From NCBI GenBank assembly GCA_017452525.1, contig JAFTMG010000006.1, positions 45,790 to 109,789 of the forward strand: a DNA stretch of 64,000 nucleotides, given 5' to 3'. Source of the stretch: Clostridia bacterium (GTDB taxonomy: Bacteria; Bacillota; Clostridia; Oscillospirales; CAG-272). Below are positions 15,217 through 24,677 of the stretch, one piece after another. The notes under the pieces were generated by a model that worked only from the letters and a program-made list of their open reading frames with translations, was not told where the DNA came from and made no database searches. Within the stretch, counting starts at the first letter, position 1, and each line of letters opens with the position of its first letter. A program made the translations under genes and the position numbers.

Positions 15217-17757
15217 ATGCACTATTCCCAAACAAGCGATGAGACATTGGTCACGCTGACGTTGGCAGGTGATGCCGATGCCTATGAAGAATTGGTCAAG
15301 CGTCATCAAACACAGGTTCTGATCGCCGCCAATACCGTCATTCATAATACCTATCTGGCAGAAGACGCCGCACAGGATGCCTTTGTCTCGGCATGGATGA
15401 AGCTGAATGTTCTGCGTGAACCGTCCAAATACGGCACATGGGTATGCCGTATTGCCAAAAACTGTGCACGCAATATGTTGCTTCGCATGCGGGAATACAT
15501 CAGCTTCGACCTATTGGAAAACATGGAACACGAAGGGGATGAAAACACAGACGATACATGGACCTCCTCCGAAGAGCATCGGGAGCTGCATGACAGCATC
15601 GAGCGTCTTCCCCAAAAGATACGTACGGTGATCATATTGCATTATTTCGAGGGACTTAGCATCGCACAGATCGCTTCACGGATGAAGAGCTCGGAAGGAA
15701 CCGTCAAATGGCAGCTCCATGATGGCAGACAAAAGCTGAGAAAGGAGCTTGGAGCTATGGATGAAAAAAAGAACGATACATTGGTAAGAAAAGTCATGAA
15801 AAAGGTGGATGAACTAAAGCTGTGGCGTTTGAAGCAAAACAAAACAGGATTCGAGGCCGTTTACCGTGATGTCCTTCAAAGCGTAGAGGCATTGCCCGAA
15901 TCGGCGGACAGGTCTCACGCTTTGGCAGACGTTCTGATGCACGGCTGGTGGTGGATTCCGGACAAAAAGAATGATGCCCTGCTCGACCGCATCAAGCAGG
16001 CCGCAATTGAGGGGCACAACGAGGAGGTCATGAAGACTATCATTGATCTGGAGGATGTCAAGGTATCCGGGGATGCGGACCGCATTGAGTTTATCCGCGA
16101 CACCCAGATCCCCTATCTGGAAGAGCAAGGCTTTGTTCATGCATTGGGGTGCGAATGGAACAGTCTCGCATTCTGTTATAACCGCGCAGACGAGAAAGAA
16201 AAAGCCTGCGAGGCATATCGGAAAGCCCGCGAGATTCTGAAGCCGAACAATCTCTATTATGCCTATTCGCTCAGCTGCGAGCAGATTGAAAGCTTGCCGT
16301 TGCCATGGGAAAACTTCCATCGCCATCATATGGAAGCCGCCGCATACCACCTCCGACGCATCAACGGTTCGTTGCGTTTATGGCGAAAAGACGGTTATAC
16401 AAGAGGAAAATTATACGATATCGACCACACGCCCAATGATATCATTCCGAATGCGAGCCGCTGTGACGGTTTTTTCACCATTCCGGACGGCAAGGTTGGC
16501 GACAGCATCACGGGATCGGATGGGCAAATCCTGACCTTCGAAGCCGATGATCTTCGTGTAGAAACGCCCTGCGGCACCTTTACGAATTGCCAATGCTATC
16601 GATTTGAGACCGCAACGATGCTTTACCGTTCTTATTACAAGGACGGGATTGGAATCGTCAAGCAGGAGAAGTATCGCAGTGACGGTATTGAAACACGCTG
16701 GCTCAAGACCTACACCATTGTCGGCGGAGAAGGCTTACTTCCCTGTCATGCGGGAAATCATTGGGAATACGCTGCCGCATTCAACGAACAGTACGTTGGT
16801 TACGAATCACATCTGGATGTCATATATGCGGATGAGACGGACGTCACCCTTTCCTTCCGATACCACACCGAGCGCCGTGCATTTGATGAGAACGATTGGT
16901 GCGATATGCATGCGCAGATGCGCAATGAATATTTCATCGCGCAAAGTGAAAAAAGGAGAAATATACTGAATGATGTTTCCTTCGCTATGGAGCGCGCCGA
17001 AACACTTGCCGATACCCCCTACCGTAAAGCATATACTCGCGCGGCTTGCGGCACGATGCGACGTATTTTTGACACGCATCCCTCCAACGAAAACCGTACG
17101 CAATCCAATCATTGGAATTTCTTTTCGGCCCGGACGGTACGAGAACGAGACGGCGACCTTCACTTCTTCGGTGAGTATTTTACCCACAGCTTTGAATGTA
17201 AACATACCGGCAAAGAGGTACTCAGGGGCCCGGGTTACGGCGTTTTGTTCAACGACATTTACGGCATCCTGAATCAGATGGCACAAGCTCTCTGGTCTGA
17301 TAAATGGGTTCCCGGCGCGGAATATACCGTGACGCAAAAATACTTTGAAAATCTGATCACCACGAAGATTATCTGTACCGAAGCAGAGGAGGCGGTAAGC
17401 ACCCAAGCAGGACACTTTGAAAACTGTTTCAAGCTTACCATCCATGTAAGCGGGTGCGGCTCCGGTGTCGAATATCGTGGCGGTACAAAAGAATATTTCT
17501 TCGCGCCTGAGGTTGGCTTGGTACGTGTCATCAACTATTATCGGGATAACGAGAAAAAAACCACCTACGATCTGACAGCGTACCGCGGGGTAGGAAAAGG
17601 CTATATGCCGATGAGCGCGGGCATGGTGCGCCGCTACGAGGCTACAGATCTTACCGATGGATTTATTGCCTGGACGGAGTACGCCTACGAAGAAAATGAT
17701 TTCGGAATACTGATTGTCATTACCAACCGATGCGGGGTACGCGATCTTACAGTCTAA
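15217..17757 (+). CDS. ECF (sigma-70 family) RNA polymerase sigma factor fused to a roughly 650-aa C-terminal domain of unknown function
   Basis: Sigma regions 2 and 4 lie in the first 190 aa or so (YLAEDAAQDAFVSAWMKL, LSIAQIASRMKSSEGTVKWQL). The frame is continuous to 17757. There is no TM segment. The preferred start is the second ATG at 15217, with GGAGG 6 nt upstream. Confidence 0.7.
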   Translation: MHYSQTSDETLVTLTLAGDADAYEELVKRHQTQVLIAANTVIHNTYLAEDAAQDAFVSAWMKLNVLREPSKYGTWVCRIAKNCARNMLLRMREYISFDLLENMEHEGDENTDDTWTSSEEHRELHDSIERLPQKIRTVIILHYFEGLSIAQIASRMKSSEGTVKWQLHDGRQKLRKELGAMDEKKNDTLVRKVMKKVDELKLWRLKQNKTGFEAVYRDVLQSVEALPESADRSHALADVLMHGWWWIPDKKNDALLDRIKQAAIEGHNEEVMKTIIDLEDVKVSGDADRIEFIRDTQIPYLEEQGFVHALGCEWNSLAFCYNRADEKEKACEAYRKAREILKPNNLYYAYSLSCEQIESLPLPWENFHRHHMEAAAYHLRRINGSLRLWRKDGYTRGKLYDIDHTPNDIIPNASRCDGFFTIPDGKVGDSITGSDGQILTFEADDLRVETPCGTFTNCQCYRFETATMLYRSYYKDGIGIVKQEKYRSDGIETRWLKTYTIVGGEGLLPCHAGNHWEYAAAFNEQYVGYESHLDVIYADETDVTLSFRYHTERRAFDENDWCDMHAQMRNEYFIAQSEKRRNILNDVSFAMERAETLADTPYRKAYTRAACGTMRRIFDTHPSNENRTQSNHWNFFSARTVRERDGDLHFFGEYFTHSFECKHTGKEVLRGPGYGVLFNDIYGILNQMAQALWSDKWVPGAEYTVTQKYFENLITTKIICTEAEEAVSTQAGHFENCFKLTIHVSGCGSGVEYRGGTKEYFFAPEVGLVRVINYYRDNEKKTTYDLTAYRGVGKGYMPMSAGMVRRYEATDLTDGFIAWTEYAYEENDFGILIVITNRCGVRDLTV

Positions 17758-17763
17758 GCATGA

Positions 17764-17800
17764 AAAAACTCCCATGCGCCGCGGCGCATGGGAGTTTTTT
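17764..17800 (+). terminator. bidirectional intrinsic terminator between the convergent sigma-fusion and pcrA genes
   Basis: AAACTCCCATGCGCC ... GGCGCATGGGAGTTTTTT. Confidence 0.8.
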
Positions 17801-17805
17801 CGGGA

Positions 17806-20196
17806 TCAATTCAATTTTTTTAATTTGGCAAAGGATGCCATCAGCTTTTTTGTGCCTGCCTTATCGAAGACGATCTCATACATCTTATCTGCGCCCATCT
17901 GCTTGACGGAGAGGATCTCTCCGATACCGAAGGTAAGGTGAGATACACGGTCACCCACTTCAAAGAGCGTCTTTCCCGCTCCCTGTTCAGCTGTCTTGAA
18001 CAGATTCTTGTTTACCGTTACATTCTGCTGGTATTGCGGTTTGGCGGAATAATACGTTTTCACTTGTCCGCCGGCGGCAGGTGCCTTCGGAGGAGGCGTC
18101 ATGTTATCGATCAACTCCTCGGGAATCTCCTTCAGGAATCTGGAGGGCGGATTATACTGCGTCCGACCGTAAAGCATGCGGCTGTTGGCGTGCAGGATAT
18201 ACAGCTCCCGCTTGGCGCGGGTGATAGCAACGTATGCGAGACGGCGTTCCTCTTCCATTTCGGCGTCGCCGCCCATAATGGTCTGCATACCGGGGAAAAG
18301 TCCATCCTCCATACCGGGCAGGAATACGATGGGAAATTCCAGCCCCTTTGCCGAGTGAATGGTCATCAGGACCACCGCGTCGGCAGTCTCATCATAGCGG
18401 TCCACGTCGGCAACCAGCGCGGTCTCCTCCAAAAATCCGGCAAGCGAGGACTCCTCGTTGTTCTCCTCGTACTCCACGGCTCCGGAGATAAACTCGCCGA
18501 TGTTATCCAAGCGCTCCGCTTCTTCCTCGCCCATATCCTTGATCATCTGGCGATATCCCGAGCGATCCAAGGTCTCGTTGATCAGCGTTTCCAAAGAAAC
18601 GGTCTTGGAAAGCTCGGTCAGCTCCTCGATCAGCGCGGCGAAGGACATCAGCGCATTGGCGGCACGTGAAAGCGCCACATAGCGATTCGCCTGCTGAAGC
18701 ACGTCAAAAATACCGCACTGCTGCTCGATTGCGATGGCTTCCACCGCCTCCAGCGTCTTGTCGCCGATCTTGCGGCGGGGCTCGTTGATGATACGCATCA
18801 TGCGCTCACGGTCGTTATGATTGTTGATCAATTGCAGATATGCCACCAAGTCGCGGATCTCCTTACGGTCTGTAAACCGAACACCGCCTAACATGCGGTA
18901 CGGTATACCACTCTTGGCAAAGGTCCGCTCAATATTCGCCGACTGAGCATTGGTACGGTACAGCACGGCGAAATCGCGGAAGTGGCAATCGCCGCTCTCC
19001 ACCTTCTTGTTGATCACGTCGATCATAAACCGCGCCTCGGCAATGCCGTCATCCGTCTTCTTGAGATGGATCTTTTCACCGCATCCGTTGGCAGTCCAGA
19101 GCGTTTTTCCCTTTCTGCCGCTGTTGTTGCTGATCACGGCGTTGGCACCGTCCAGAATATTTTGTGTCGAGCGGTAATTCTGCTCCAGCTTGATGACCTT
19201 GGCATCCGAGAACACACGGTCAAAGTTCAGAATGTTTTCAATGGTAGCACCGCGGAAACGGTAAATACTCTGGTCATCGTCACCAACGACCATCAGATTA
19301 CGACTGCCGGCTGCAAGAATGGCGGTCAGCGTAAACTGCGCCTCGTTGGTATCCTGATACTCGTCCACGCATATGTAACGGAAGCGCTTCTGATATTGGG
19401 TACGCACCTCCTCGTCCTGCTGCAACAGAAGGACAGTCTGCATAATGATATCGTCAAAATCCAACGCATTGGAGGATTTCAGCTGTCGCTGGTATTCCTC
19501 ATACACCCGCGCGATCTGCTTCATGCGGAAATCCGTTCCCGCCTCTGCCGCCATATCCGAGGGCGTCATCAATTTATCCTTCGCACGGCTGATGGCATTT
19601 TGCACGGAACGAATGGGGAGCGTTTTATCGTCGATACGGCACGCCTTCATTGCCGTGGTGATCGCCTTCTTGCTATCCTCGGTATCGTAAACGGAAAACC
19701 CGGGAGCATAGCCAACACGGTCTCCAAATTTGCGCAGGATGCGCATACAGATCGAGTGGAAGGTGCCCGCCCAGATCTCATTGGCAATGGTGGGATCGTC
19801 AAAGGACGAGGCGAGACGCGCCTTGATCTCATTTGCCGCCTTATTGGTAAAGGTAATGGCGAGCACGCGCCACGGCGGACACGGATCGCAAATAAATTCC
19901 GATAAGATCGGCAAAATGCTTTCGGTCGGCAGCTGCACCGCCTGCTCCAGCGCGGTAACGTACGACTCGCTCAACACGGTATTGACCGACTCACCGTAGT
20001 ACGCGTTTCCATAGCGGATCAAAAAAGCGACGCGCTGTACCAGCACGGTCGTCTTGCCGCTGCCAGCCCCCGCAAGCACCAGGAGCGGGTGATTGACGGT
20101 AAAGACCGCATCACGCTGCTTTTCGTTGAGATTGCCATACGCCTTTTCGAACAACGCGCGCTTGGCGCGCAAAAATCTTTGATTCAGATCTGACAT
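17806..20196 (-). CDS. pcrA: ATP-dependent DNA helicase, UvrD/PcrA family
   Basis: Walker A AGAGSGKTT. UvrD helicase motifs. 796 aa with a C-terminal extension. Confidence 0.85.
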   Translation of the reverse strand: MSDLNQRFLRAKRALFEKAYGNLNEKQRDAVFTVNHPLLVLAGAGSGKTTVLVQRVAFLIRYGNAYYGESVNTVLSESYVTALEQAVQLPTESILPILSEFICDPCPPWRVLAITFTNKAANEIKARLASSFDDPTIANEIWAGTFHSICMRILRKFGDRVGYAPGFSVYDTEDSKKAITTAMKACRIDDKTLPIRSVQNAISRAKDKLMTPSDMAAEAGTDFRMKQIARVYEEYQRQLKSSNALDFDDIIMQTVLLLQQDEEVRTQYQKRFRYICVDEYQDTNEAQFTLTAILAAGSRNLMVVGDDDQSIYRFRGATIENILNFDRVFSDAKVIKLEQNYRSTQNILDGANAVISNNSGRKGKTLWTANGCGEKIHLKKTDDGIAEARFMIDVINKKVESGDCHFRDFAVLYRTNAQSANIERTFAKSGIPYRMLGGVRFTDRKEIRDLVAYLQLINNHNDRERMMRIINEPRRKIGDKTLEAVEAIAIEQQCGIFDVLQQANRYVALSRAANALMSFAALIEELTELSKTVSLETLINETLDRSGYRQMIKDMGEEEAERLDNIGEFISGAVEYEENNEESSLAGFLEETALVADVDRYDETADAVVLMTIHSAKGLEFPIVFLPGMEDGLFPGMQTIMGGDAEMEEERRLAYVAITRAKRELYILHANSRMLYGRTQYNPPSRFLKEIPEELIDNMTPPPKAPAAGGQVKTYYSAKPQYQQNVTVNKNLFKTAEQGAGKTLFEVGDRVSHLTFGIGEILSVKQMGADKMYEIVFDKAGTKKLMASFAKLKKLN

Positions 20197-20218
20197 GTAT
20201 TTCCCTTTTCTTTCCTTG

Positions 20219-20704
20219 TTACTCAGTATAATTGCCCTTCATGTGGCGCTCGATCTTGCGGTCTGCTTCACGCTCTGCGGCACTGTCGCGCTTGTCGTAA
20301 AGCTTTTTACCGCGGCAAAGACCGATCTCCATCTTCACATGCGCACCCGAAAAATAAAGCGACAGGGGAATCAGCGTGTATCCCTTCTGTGCCACAAGCC
20401 CGTGCAGCTTCATGATCTCTCTTTTGTGCATCAGCAGCTTTTTCTTGCGTAGCGGTTCGCGGTTAAAAATATTTCCCTTCTCATAAGGACTGATATGAAA
20501 TCCGATAGCAAACAGCTCGCCGCCGTCGATCTCACAGTAGGAGTCCTTCAAATTGACCGCCCCGGCACGAACGCTTTTCACCTCGGTGCCGTACAGGGCG
20601 ATCCCCGCCTCATATTTTTCGTCTACAAAATAGTCGTGATACGCTTTTTTATTCTGGGCGATAATCTTGGAGCCGCCCTTACCCGCTTTTTTGGAGTCTG
20701 CCAT
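20219..20704 (-). CDS. smpB: SsrA-binding protein
   Basis: 161 aa. The SmpB signature GTEVKS is present near the N-terminus. Confidence 0.9.
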   Translation of the reverse strand: MADSKKAGKGGSKIIAQNKKAYHDYFVDEKYEAGIALYGTEVKSVRAGAVNLKDSYCEIDGGELFAIGFHISPYEKGNIFNREPLRKKKLLMHKREIMKLHGLVAQKGYTLIPLSLYFSGAHVKMEIGLCRGKKLYDKRDSAAEREADRKIERHMKGNYTE

Positions 20705-20846
20705 ATTCCGAGACCTCCTTTTTATGGTTTATCTTATATATTATATACCAGAATCGGAAATAATTCAAGAGATTTCCGCCCTTTTCATAATCATTTTCAA
20801 ATATTGAAAAAAATTGACCCCTCAACAACTTTTTGTCTTTTCATAC

Positions 20847-20875
20847 TTGACAAATGGAGGAAAATACGCTATAAT
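20847..20875 (+). promoter_or_regulatory. acpP promoter
   Basis: TTGACA, 17-nt spacer, TATAAT consensus. Confidence 0.65.
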
Positions 20876-20925
20876 ATTCACCGTATGCAGAAAACCAACC
20901 AAATTTTTGATAGGAGGCACATACC

Positions 20926-21147
20926 GTGTTTGAGAAACTGAAGGAGCTTCTCGTAGAGGAGCTGCAGATTGACGAAGCAGATATCACTTTGGATGCAAAG
21001 CTCTCTACCGATCTGGGTATCAATTCCATCGAGCTGGCAGACCTCGTTATGCTCTGCGAGGAAAAGTTCGGTATTGAGATCGAGGATGCTGACATTCACG
21101 ATTTCGTTACCGTCGGCGACGTGGTAAAGTATCTGGAAACTCTCTGA
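20926..21147 (+). CDS. acpP: acyl carrier protein
   Basis: 73 aa. Phosphopantetheine-site region DLGINSIE. GTG start with AGGAGG 8 nt upstream. Confidence 0.85.
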   Translation: MFEKLKELLVEELQIDEADITLDAKLSTDLGINSIELADLVMLCEEKFGIEIEDADIHDFVTVGDVVKYLETL

Positions 21148-21159
21148 TCCAAGCAAATA

Positions 21160-21197
21160 AGGACATGGGCGATCGGGCTCATGTCCTTTTTGTTTTC
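21160..21197 (+). terminator. intrinsic terminator after acpP
   Basis: AGGACATG ... CATGTCCT followed by TTTTTGTTTT. Confidence 0.7.
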
Positions 21198-21263
21198 TTC
21201 CGTGTCTTTTTCCGACGGCACCTTCATATATTGGCAACAAAAAGACAAGCGGAGGAACGAACC

Positions 21264-22022
21264 ATGTTTAAAAAGAATCCCTCTTTTTCCCTGCACGCCG
21301 TTGCAGGCTTTGTGCTTTTGTGCGGTGCCTTTGCCGCGATCCTCGGCGGCATCGCAGGAGAGCTCTCAAGCACTGCCATCCCCACGGACGGCGGATCCGG
21401 TCTGGATGCGGGCAAAGAGCCGCTGCCCTACACGGTCGTCATCGATGCAGGACACGGCGGCGAGGACGGCGGCACACAAAGCGCCGCAGGATTGGAGGAA
21501 AAGACCGTCAATCTGGAGATCGCCCGTATGCTGGATACCATGCTGCGCACCGCCGGGATCCCCACCGTCATGACACGCACGGAGGATATACTTCTCTACG
21601 ACCGCAATGCCAATTACAAGGGGCACAAAAAAATGCTCGATCTTGCGGCACGCCGTCAGATTGCGGAAAAGACAGAGGGGGCTATCTTCATCAGCATCCA
21701 CATGAATGCCTTTCCTGAGGAGAAATACCGCGGTCTGCAGGTCTTTTATTCTCCGCACGATACACAGTCACAGGCATTGGCGCAGACGGTCCAGGCGGAA
21801 ACCAAACGGCTTTTGCAACCGGACAATCAGCGGAAAATCAAGAAGGCCACCTCATCCATTTATCTGTTGGACCGCCTTCACTGCCCCGCGATCCTGATCG
21901 AGTGTGGGTTTCTGTCAAATTCTAAGGAGGCGGCACTCCTTGAGACCGAGGAATACCGCCAACAGCTTGCTTTCGTTCTTTTTTGCGCCGTAATGTCTCA
22001 TATTTCCGAATACAACGCTTGA
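21264..22022 (+). CDS. N-acetylmuramoyl-L-alanine amidase (CwlD-like, signal-anchored)
   Basis: VVIDAGHGGEDGG and SIHMNAF amidase_3 motifs. GGAGG RBS. The earlier ATG at 21165 was rejected. Confidence 0.75.
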   Translation: MFKKNPSFSLHAVAGFVLLCGAFAAILGGIAGELSSTAIPTDGGSGLDAGKEPLPYTVVIDAGHGGEDGGTQSAAGLEEKTVNLEIARMLDTMLRTAGIPTVMTRTEDILLYDRNANYKGHKKMLDLAARRQIAEKTEGAIFISIHMNAFPEEKYRGLQVFYSPHDTQSQALAQTVQAETKRLLQPDNQRKIKKATSSIYLLDRLHCPAILIECGFLSNSKEAALLETEEYRQQLAFVLFCAVMSHISEYNA

Positions 22023-22047
22023 TTTTTTTCGCGGGATTCGCTATAAT
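22019..22047 (+). promoter_or_regulatory. radA promoter
   Basis: TTGATT, 17-nt spacer, TATAAT. Confidence 0.5.
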
Positions 22048-22093
22048 ATAAAGCAGAACAGAACACAGACGCCAAAAGAAAGGACGCAAGCAT

Positions 22094-23503
22094 ATGAAAG
22101 GGACAAAAACCGTATATATCTGCTCCGAATGCGAATATCAAAGTCCGAAATGGATGGGCAAATGTCCGCAATGCGGTGCGTGGAATTCGATGACGGAGGA
22201 CGTGGTTGCCGTCAAGGAACCCTCCAAAGCCGCCGCTTCCCTCTCCCGGCTTTCTGCGGCAAACGAAAAGGAAAGCCGCGCCGTGGCATTCGACGAGGTG
22301 GAGCTCCCCTCCTATATGCGCTTTGACACCGGTATGGAGGAGCTGGATCGGGTACTGGGCGGCGGTCTGGTACACGGCTCGGTGGTCCTGCTTTCGGGTG
22401 AACCCGGAATCGGTAAATCCACCCTTCTCATGCAGATCTCCGATGCGCTCGGTGCCGCAAAAAAAGTGCTTTACGTTTCGGGCGAGGAATCGAGCGGTCA
22501 GCTGAAGCTACGCGCCAAGCGCTTGGGCGTGCAGGGTAAAAATCTGATGATCCTCACCGAGACCAATATGGAAAACGTGCTGAGTCAAGTCAACGGCGTC
22601 AAGCCCGACATACTGATCGTGGATTCGATCCAGACCATGTTCAGCGATATGGCATCCTCTGCCCCCGGAAGCATTTCACAGGTCAAGGAATGCGCGCTCG
22701 CCTTGATCGGCAAGGCAAAGCACGAGGGGATCTCCGTCATCCTGGTAGGACACGTCAACAAAGAGGGCGGCATTGCGGGCCCCAAGGTGCTGGAGCATAT
22801 GGTCGACGCGGTGCTTTATTTTGAAGGGGAACGGCATCAGTCCTACCGCATCATTCGTGCCATCAAAAACCGTTTCGGATCCACCAACGAGATCGGTGTA
22901 TTTGAAATGACCGACCTTGGGCTTTGCGAGGTCCGCAACCCTTCGGAGGTCCTCTTGGCGGGACGCCCCAAAAACGTTCCCGGCAACTGTGCCGTCTGCA
23001 CCATGGAGGGCACGCGTCCCTTGATTGCGGAGATCCAGGCACTGGTCACCCCGACCGCTTTTCCTGCGCCTCGCCGCACCTCCAACGGCTTGGATTACAA
23101 CCGCATGTGTCTGATCCTGGCGGTACTTGAAAAGCGGCTGGGCTTGAAGTTTTACCTCAACGACGTTTATTCCAACGTCATCGGCGGTCTGCGGGTGGAC
23201 GAGCCCGCATCCGACCTTGCTACGGCGCTATCGCTGATCTCTTCCCTTACGGATAAATACGTTCCCGACACCACCATCGCCATCGGCGAGCTGGGGCTTT
23301 CCGGCGAATGTCGCGCGGTGGGCAATTTGGAGCAGCGTGTCAAAGAGGCGGCGCGACTGGGCTTTACGCGCGTCATCGTTCCCCTCCGCAATCTGGAAAT
23401 GCGGAGTCTGCAGATAGAAGGGATCGAGATCGTCCCTATCCGCGGCATCTATGAAGCACTTAAGGAGTTGAAGTCCGCCGAGCATTTGCCGGGCGAAGGA
23501 TAA
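22094..23503 (+). CDS. radA: DNA repair protein RadA/Sms
   Basis: N-terminal C4 zinc finger CSECEYQSPKWMGKCPQCGAWNS. RecA-like Walker A GEPGIGKST. Lon-like C-terminus. Confidence 0.9.
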   Translation: MKGTKTVYICSECEYQSPKWMGKCPQCGAWNSMTEDVVAVKEPSKAAASLSRLSAANEKESRAVAFDEVELPSYMRFDTGMEELDRVLGGGLVHGSVVLLSGEPGIGKSTLLMQISDALGAAKKVLYVSGEESSGQLKLRAKRLGVQGKNLMILTETNMENVLSQVNGVKPDILIVDSIQTMFSDMASSAPGSISQVKECALALIGKAKHEGISVILVGHVNKEGGIAGPKVLEHMVDAVLYFEGERHQSYRIIRAIKNRFGSTNEIGVFEMTDLGLCEVRNPSEVLLAGRPKNVPGNCAVCTMEGTRPLIAEIQALVTPTAFPAPRRTSNGLDYNRMCLILAVLEKRLGLKFYLNDVYSNVIGGLRVDEPASDLATALSLISSLTDKYVPDTTIAIGELGLSGECRAVGNLEQRVKEAARLGFTRVIVPLRNLEMRSLQIEGIEIVPIRGIYEALKELKSAEHLPGEG

Positions 23504-23513
23504 AAAGAAAGAT

Positions 23514-23546
23514 GGAGCTGCGAAGTCCGCGGCTCCGTCTTTTCCG
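23514..23546 (+). terminator. intrinsic terminator after radA
   Basis: GGAGCTGCG-aagtc-CGCGGCTCC followed by GTCTTTTCC. Confidence 0.65.
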
Positions 23547-23547
23547 T

Positions 23548-24507
23548 TTAGTAGCTAAGCATGGAGATGATCGGTAAGGTCGCCATTGCCTCTCCCTTGA
23601 TGCGATACATCCCATCTTGCTCCTCAAGATACGGGAATTGCAATGACTCAATACATTGCCCAACGGTATCCTCGGAAAGCCGGCTGTGCTCAGCGATCTT
23701 CTCGGGCGAGGCATACGCCTTTTCGTTTTGAACAGTCAACTCATACAGCGAAGCGAGCACTGTCAGATTTTTCCGATCCGACAGCGTCTTCAACAGACTG
23801 CAGATCCGACCGATCCGTTCTCCGCCGAGATCCAACGAAGTATTCTTGGAATAAAACACCGACTGCCCGCGCATCACGGTCGTGATATCCGGTTCGCTGA
23901 TAGCAGAATAGCCCCACTGACCGCCCGTCACGGCATCCACCGCACTATCTACAGCAGACTCTTCCTGCCTTTGCGTTTGAAAGAACCACGCGGCGTGCAT
24001 GGCGAGCGCGGTATCAAGCATGTTCTCGCGTCCGTTTTTCACTATCACTTTTACGTGCGACCTCAGCACGTCCTGCTGTGACCTGGTCCGCTGATAGAAG
24101 CCGGGCTTTGCCTCGGTAACGTATCCCTCTGCCTGCATAAGCTCTGTCAGCTCCTTGGCTTTACCATAGCCGATCCCCAGCTTTCGCTGAAGCAGAGAGG
24201 TTGTGATCACCATATGTTCTCCCAAAATATCGATCGCACGGCAAAGCAACGGATCGTTGTGTTTTTGAGCAGCTTCAACCGTATTCCCCTCTTCATTGCG
24301 CTTTTCTGCTGCTTCCTCCCCCATCAATTCTCCGATTGAGATGCCAAAATATTTTGCGATCTCGGGGAGCAGTTGGATGTCGGGGCAGCACTGTCCCGAC
24401 TCCCATTTGGACACCGCCTGATTGGTCACGCCGAGTGCCTGCGCCAATTCACCTTGTGTAATTTCCTTCTCTTTGCGGAGCGCCGCGATCTGTTCATTGA
24501 TCTTCAT
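23548..24507 (-). CDS. XRE-family HTH regulator fused to an FtsK-gamma-like winged helix and a roughly 170-aa C-terminal domain
   Basis: N-terminal HTH LRKEKEITQGELAQALGVTNQAVSKWESG. Central DPLLCRAIDILGEHMVITTSLLQRKLGIGYGKAKELTELMQAEGYV resembles the FtsK gamma consensus (...SxLQRRLxIGYNRAARxIExME). Confidence 0.7.
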   Translation of the reverse strand: MKINEQIAALRKEKEITQGELAQALGVTNQAVSKWESGQCCPDIQLLPEIAKYFGISIGELMGEEAAEKRNEEGNTVEAAQKHNDPLLCRAIDILGEHMVITTSLLQRKLGIGYGKAKELTELMQAEGYVTEAKPGFYQRTRSQQDVLRSHVKVIVKNGRENMLDTALAMHAAWFFQTQRQEESAVDSAVDAVTGGQWGYSAISEPDITTVMRGQSVFYSKNTSLDLGGERIGRICSLLKTLSDRKNLTVLASLYELTVQNEKAYASPEKIAEHSRLSEDTVGQCIESLQFPYLEEQDGMYRIKGEAMATLPIISMLSY

Positions 24508-24677
24508 TCTCTTCTCCTTCCCTGCCGCGTGGCAGATATCCTGATTTGGTACGTCTGCATTATATCATACCGGGCACCATACAAGCAAGCACGCGTTGGT
24601 TTGATGATACGTTTTTGCGTCCAACCGACGGTTGGAAATGGGCTGAGTCACCGATTCGGTAGCTCAGCCCGTTTATA

